Shown here: positions 62,576-64,000 of the stretch, one piece after another
Layout: the number at the start of each line of letters is the position of its first letter
Numbering within the stretch: position 1 is the stretch's first letter
Virus record (IMG/VR): IMGVR_UViG_3300047382_000771
Coordinates: 32,001-96,000 of that record
Strand: one strand, 5' to 3'
DNA length: 64,000 nt
Source of the DNA: a virus
Taxonomy: Duplodnaviria > Caudoviricetes
Program-made: the position numbers and the translations under genes
The notes under the pieces: generated by a model
Told to the model about the DNA's origin: nothing
What the model saw: the letters and a program-made list of their open reading frames with translations, nothing else
The model's database searches: none

Positions 62576-63305
62576 CACTTCTTTCCTCCTCGTACTCTTT
62601 ATACTTACTACACACAGGGTCACCCATTACAAATTCCTTCTCAGATAAAACTGACCTAAGCAAATATTGGCATATCCACATGTCGGCATTAAACTCTGGC
62701 TCACCCATTTCCTCCCTCACCTCCTTGAATTTAGAATAAAACATGAGCATATCATCATAACTTCCGCCCACTACACCCATATTAATTAAATCCCAATCAT
62801 GGTAGTTTAACATAAACTTAAACCTATCATCCCAACCGAAGTGATCATGAACTTTGATATAAGGGAAGGAATCTAGGGGTATAGAATCCTTACAGCAAAA
62901 ATAAGACATACTAGGCATCTCAGAGATAAGGGTAGATGGATCCCTGACAACCTTCACATCTGAACCATCCGTATGAAAGACCACATCTGGTTTATCTTTT
63001 AGATTTAGCAAAAAATCATTAAAGCAGAAAAACCTCCAGTCATTATTGGAGTAGGTGCCAACATCTACTTTTTCGAAAGAAACTTGATCAGAGCTATATT
63101 CCTGCACGAATTCATCTGATAATTCGTCGTGAAAAACCACACCATTAATATCGCTGGAGTGAATTGAATCATACCAACCTTTAATATAATTAATATCTTG
63201 TTGCATAACCCTACCATCTGGACCCCTACCCACAACTGCGTTATCCGATGGGTCATTAGGGTGAGGCTTTGACGAAAAGTAAGAGGTTAGAATTAAGGTT
63301 TTCAT
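62553..63305 (-). CDS. Putative GT-A-fold glycosyltransferase
   Basis: VFHTDGSDV and NMGVVGG motifs; first gene of the glycan cluster. Confidence 0.5.
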   Translation of the reverse strand: MKTLILTSYFSSKPHPNDPSDNAVVGRGPDGRVMQQDINYIKGWYDSIHSSDINGVVFHDELSDEFVQEYSSDQVSFEKVDVGTYSNNDWRFFCFNDFLLNLKDKPDVVFHTDGSDVKVVRDPSTLISEMPSMSYFCCKDSIPLDSFPYIKVHDHFGWDDRFKFMLNYHDWDLINMGVVGGSYDDMLMFYSKFKEVREEMGEPEFNADMWICQYLLRSVLSEKEFVMGDPVCSKYKEYEEERSDVYFIHK

Positions 63306-63312
63306 TTTTTAC

Positions 63313-63341
63313 TTGACATTTTGCTAAATTATTGTTATAAT
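63313..63341 (+). promoter_or_regulatory. Perfect sigma70 promoter with extended -10, upstream of the sigma-factor gene
   Basis: TTGACA (63313-63318), 17 nt ending TGt, TATAAT (63336-63341). Confidence 0.9.
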
Positions 63342-63345
63342 AGTT

Positions 63346-63367
63346 TTTCCAAAACTGGTTTTGGAAA
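63346..63367. repeat. Perfect 10-bp inverted repeat over the predicted transcription start
   Basis: tttccaaaac-tg-gttttggaaa. Confidence 0.85.
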
Positions 63368-63415
63368 TATAAATCGTTAATCTTAGATATATTTCTAACG
63401 TTAACCTTAAATATA

Positions 63416-63448
63416 ATGTTGACATAACTATAGATTATATGTTAACAT
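63416..63448. repeat. Imperfect 33-bp palindrome in the sigma-gene leader
   Basis: atgttgacat-aactatagattat-atgttaacat; it contains a TTGACA with no matching -10. Confidence 0.6.
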
Positions 63449-63465
63449 AGTCATTTTTCAAATAT

Positions 63466-64000
63466 ATGGAGCAAAAAGATGATCAAGAGTTGGTATCCAA
63501 CCTTAAAGTTGGAAGGGATGTGAATGAAAGTTTATTTCATTTAGTCGAAAAGCATAGTGGCATATTTATAAATATGGTAAACCAGTACATGAATAAACAG
63601 TGTAGGTCTGAATTCATAAATGACAAGGAATACTATATTTATCAAGCTGCACTAAAATATGATTCAAGTAGGAATACAAAATTTTCAACATACCTAGGGA
63701 GTGAAACGAAGTGGATGTGCCTAAACACATACAACCGCTCGAAGAAAAAACATGAGGTTGATATTGATTATATAGAAAACCTAGGAGACAATTCCCAGCA
63801 ATACCATCAGATAATCAAAAGAGATACCCAGAATAAAATCTTAGAATTAGCTAACAGTAATCCAGACAAAAGAGTTCATAAAATTTTTCAATTAAGATAT
63901 AGTGGAGGCAATAAGAATAAAGTTATGCCATGGAGCGAGGTTTGCTCAAAAATAGGCCTAAGTGTGCAAGGCTGCATTAATGTACACGATCAAGCTTTAA
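63466..64000 (+). CDS. Phage-encoded sigma70-family RNA polymerase sigma factor (partial, runs off the window end)
   Basis: Manual translation MEQKDDQELV...LVEKHSGIF...YDSSRNTKFSTYL (region 2, compare FDPxRGxKFSTY)...FQLRY...MPWSEVCSKIGLSVQGCINVH (region 4 HTH). Confidence 0.85.
   Translation, partial: MEQKDDQELVSNLKVGRDVNESLFHLVEKHSGIFINMVNQYMNKQCRSEFINDKEYYIYQAALKYDSSRNTKFSTYLGSETKWMCLNTYNRSKKKHEVDIDYIENLGDNSQQYHQIIKRDTQNKILELANSNPDKRVHKIFQLRYSGGNKNKVMPWSEVCSKIGLSVQGCINVHDQAL

Noticed and set aside
63419-63448. Second sigma70 promoter from TTGACA at 63419
   Set aside because: The hexamer 17 nt downstream is TTAACA, not a plausible -10; treated instead as part of a palindrome.
1-64000. Bacterial chromosome or eukaryotic giant-virus origin
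   Set aside because: Dense single-strand gene packing, many tail-fibre motifs and an S74 chaperone argue against a cellular chromosome. Bacterial-type DnaE, DnaG, DnaB and RecA, a sigma factor and sigma70 promoters argue against an NCLDV.

Overview
The window is an internal 64-kb segment of a large, AT-rich (about one-third GC by eye) tailed dsDNA bacteriophage genome read with the standard code. Every supported gene except the last is on the minus strand. From left to right: (1) a partial UV-damage endonuclease, a DUF736-like protein and a nucleoside-deoxyribosyltransferase-like protein; (2) about 29 kb (1130-30099) of putative virion adhesin and tail-fibre genes, including FN3/LamG proteins, two paralogous beta-helix proteins each carrying a blue-copper-like domain, DxDGDG-repeat proteins and a peptidase-S74 fibre; (3) a ClpA/C-type unfoldase; (4) a bacterial-type replication block, with DnaE split into a PHP-domain gene and a polymerase-core gene around a DnaQ-like exonuclease, plus a Cas4-like nuclease, DnaG, DnaB and RecA; (5) an 18-repeat InlB-B-repeat protein with a Gly-rich tip; (6) holin- and spanin-like candidates; (7) nrdA/nrdB, where the beta subunit has class Ic (tyrosyl-radical-less) signatures; (8) a ten-gene glycan cluster (gmd, GT11, GT6, GT25, GT31-like, two GT2, two methyltransferases, one GT-A-like); (9) a divergently transcribed, truncated sigma70-family factor. 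The strongest structure not explained by gene annotation is regulatory. A GTGTA motif lies upstream of 17 minus-strand starts (9-13 nt before the start codon in 12 of them), alongside a separate set of consensus sigma70 promoters. Both classes predict leaderless or near-leaderless mRNAs, and the upstream regions examined lack Shine-Dalgarno sequences. All family assignments come from motif recognition by eye; no database searches were run. No CRISPR array, tRNA, rRNA, integrase or intein was recognised.
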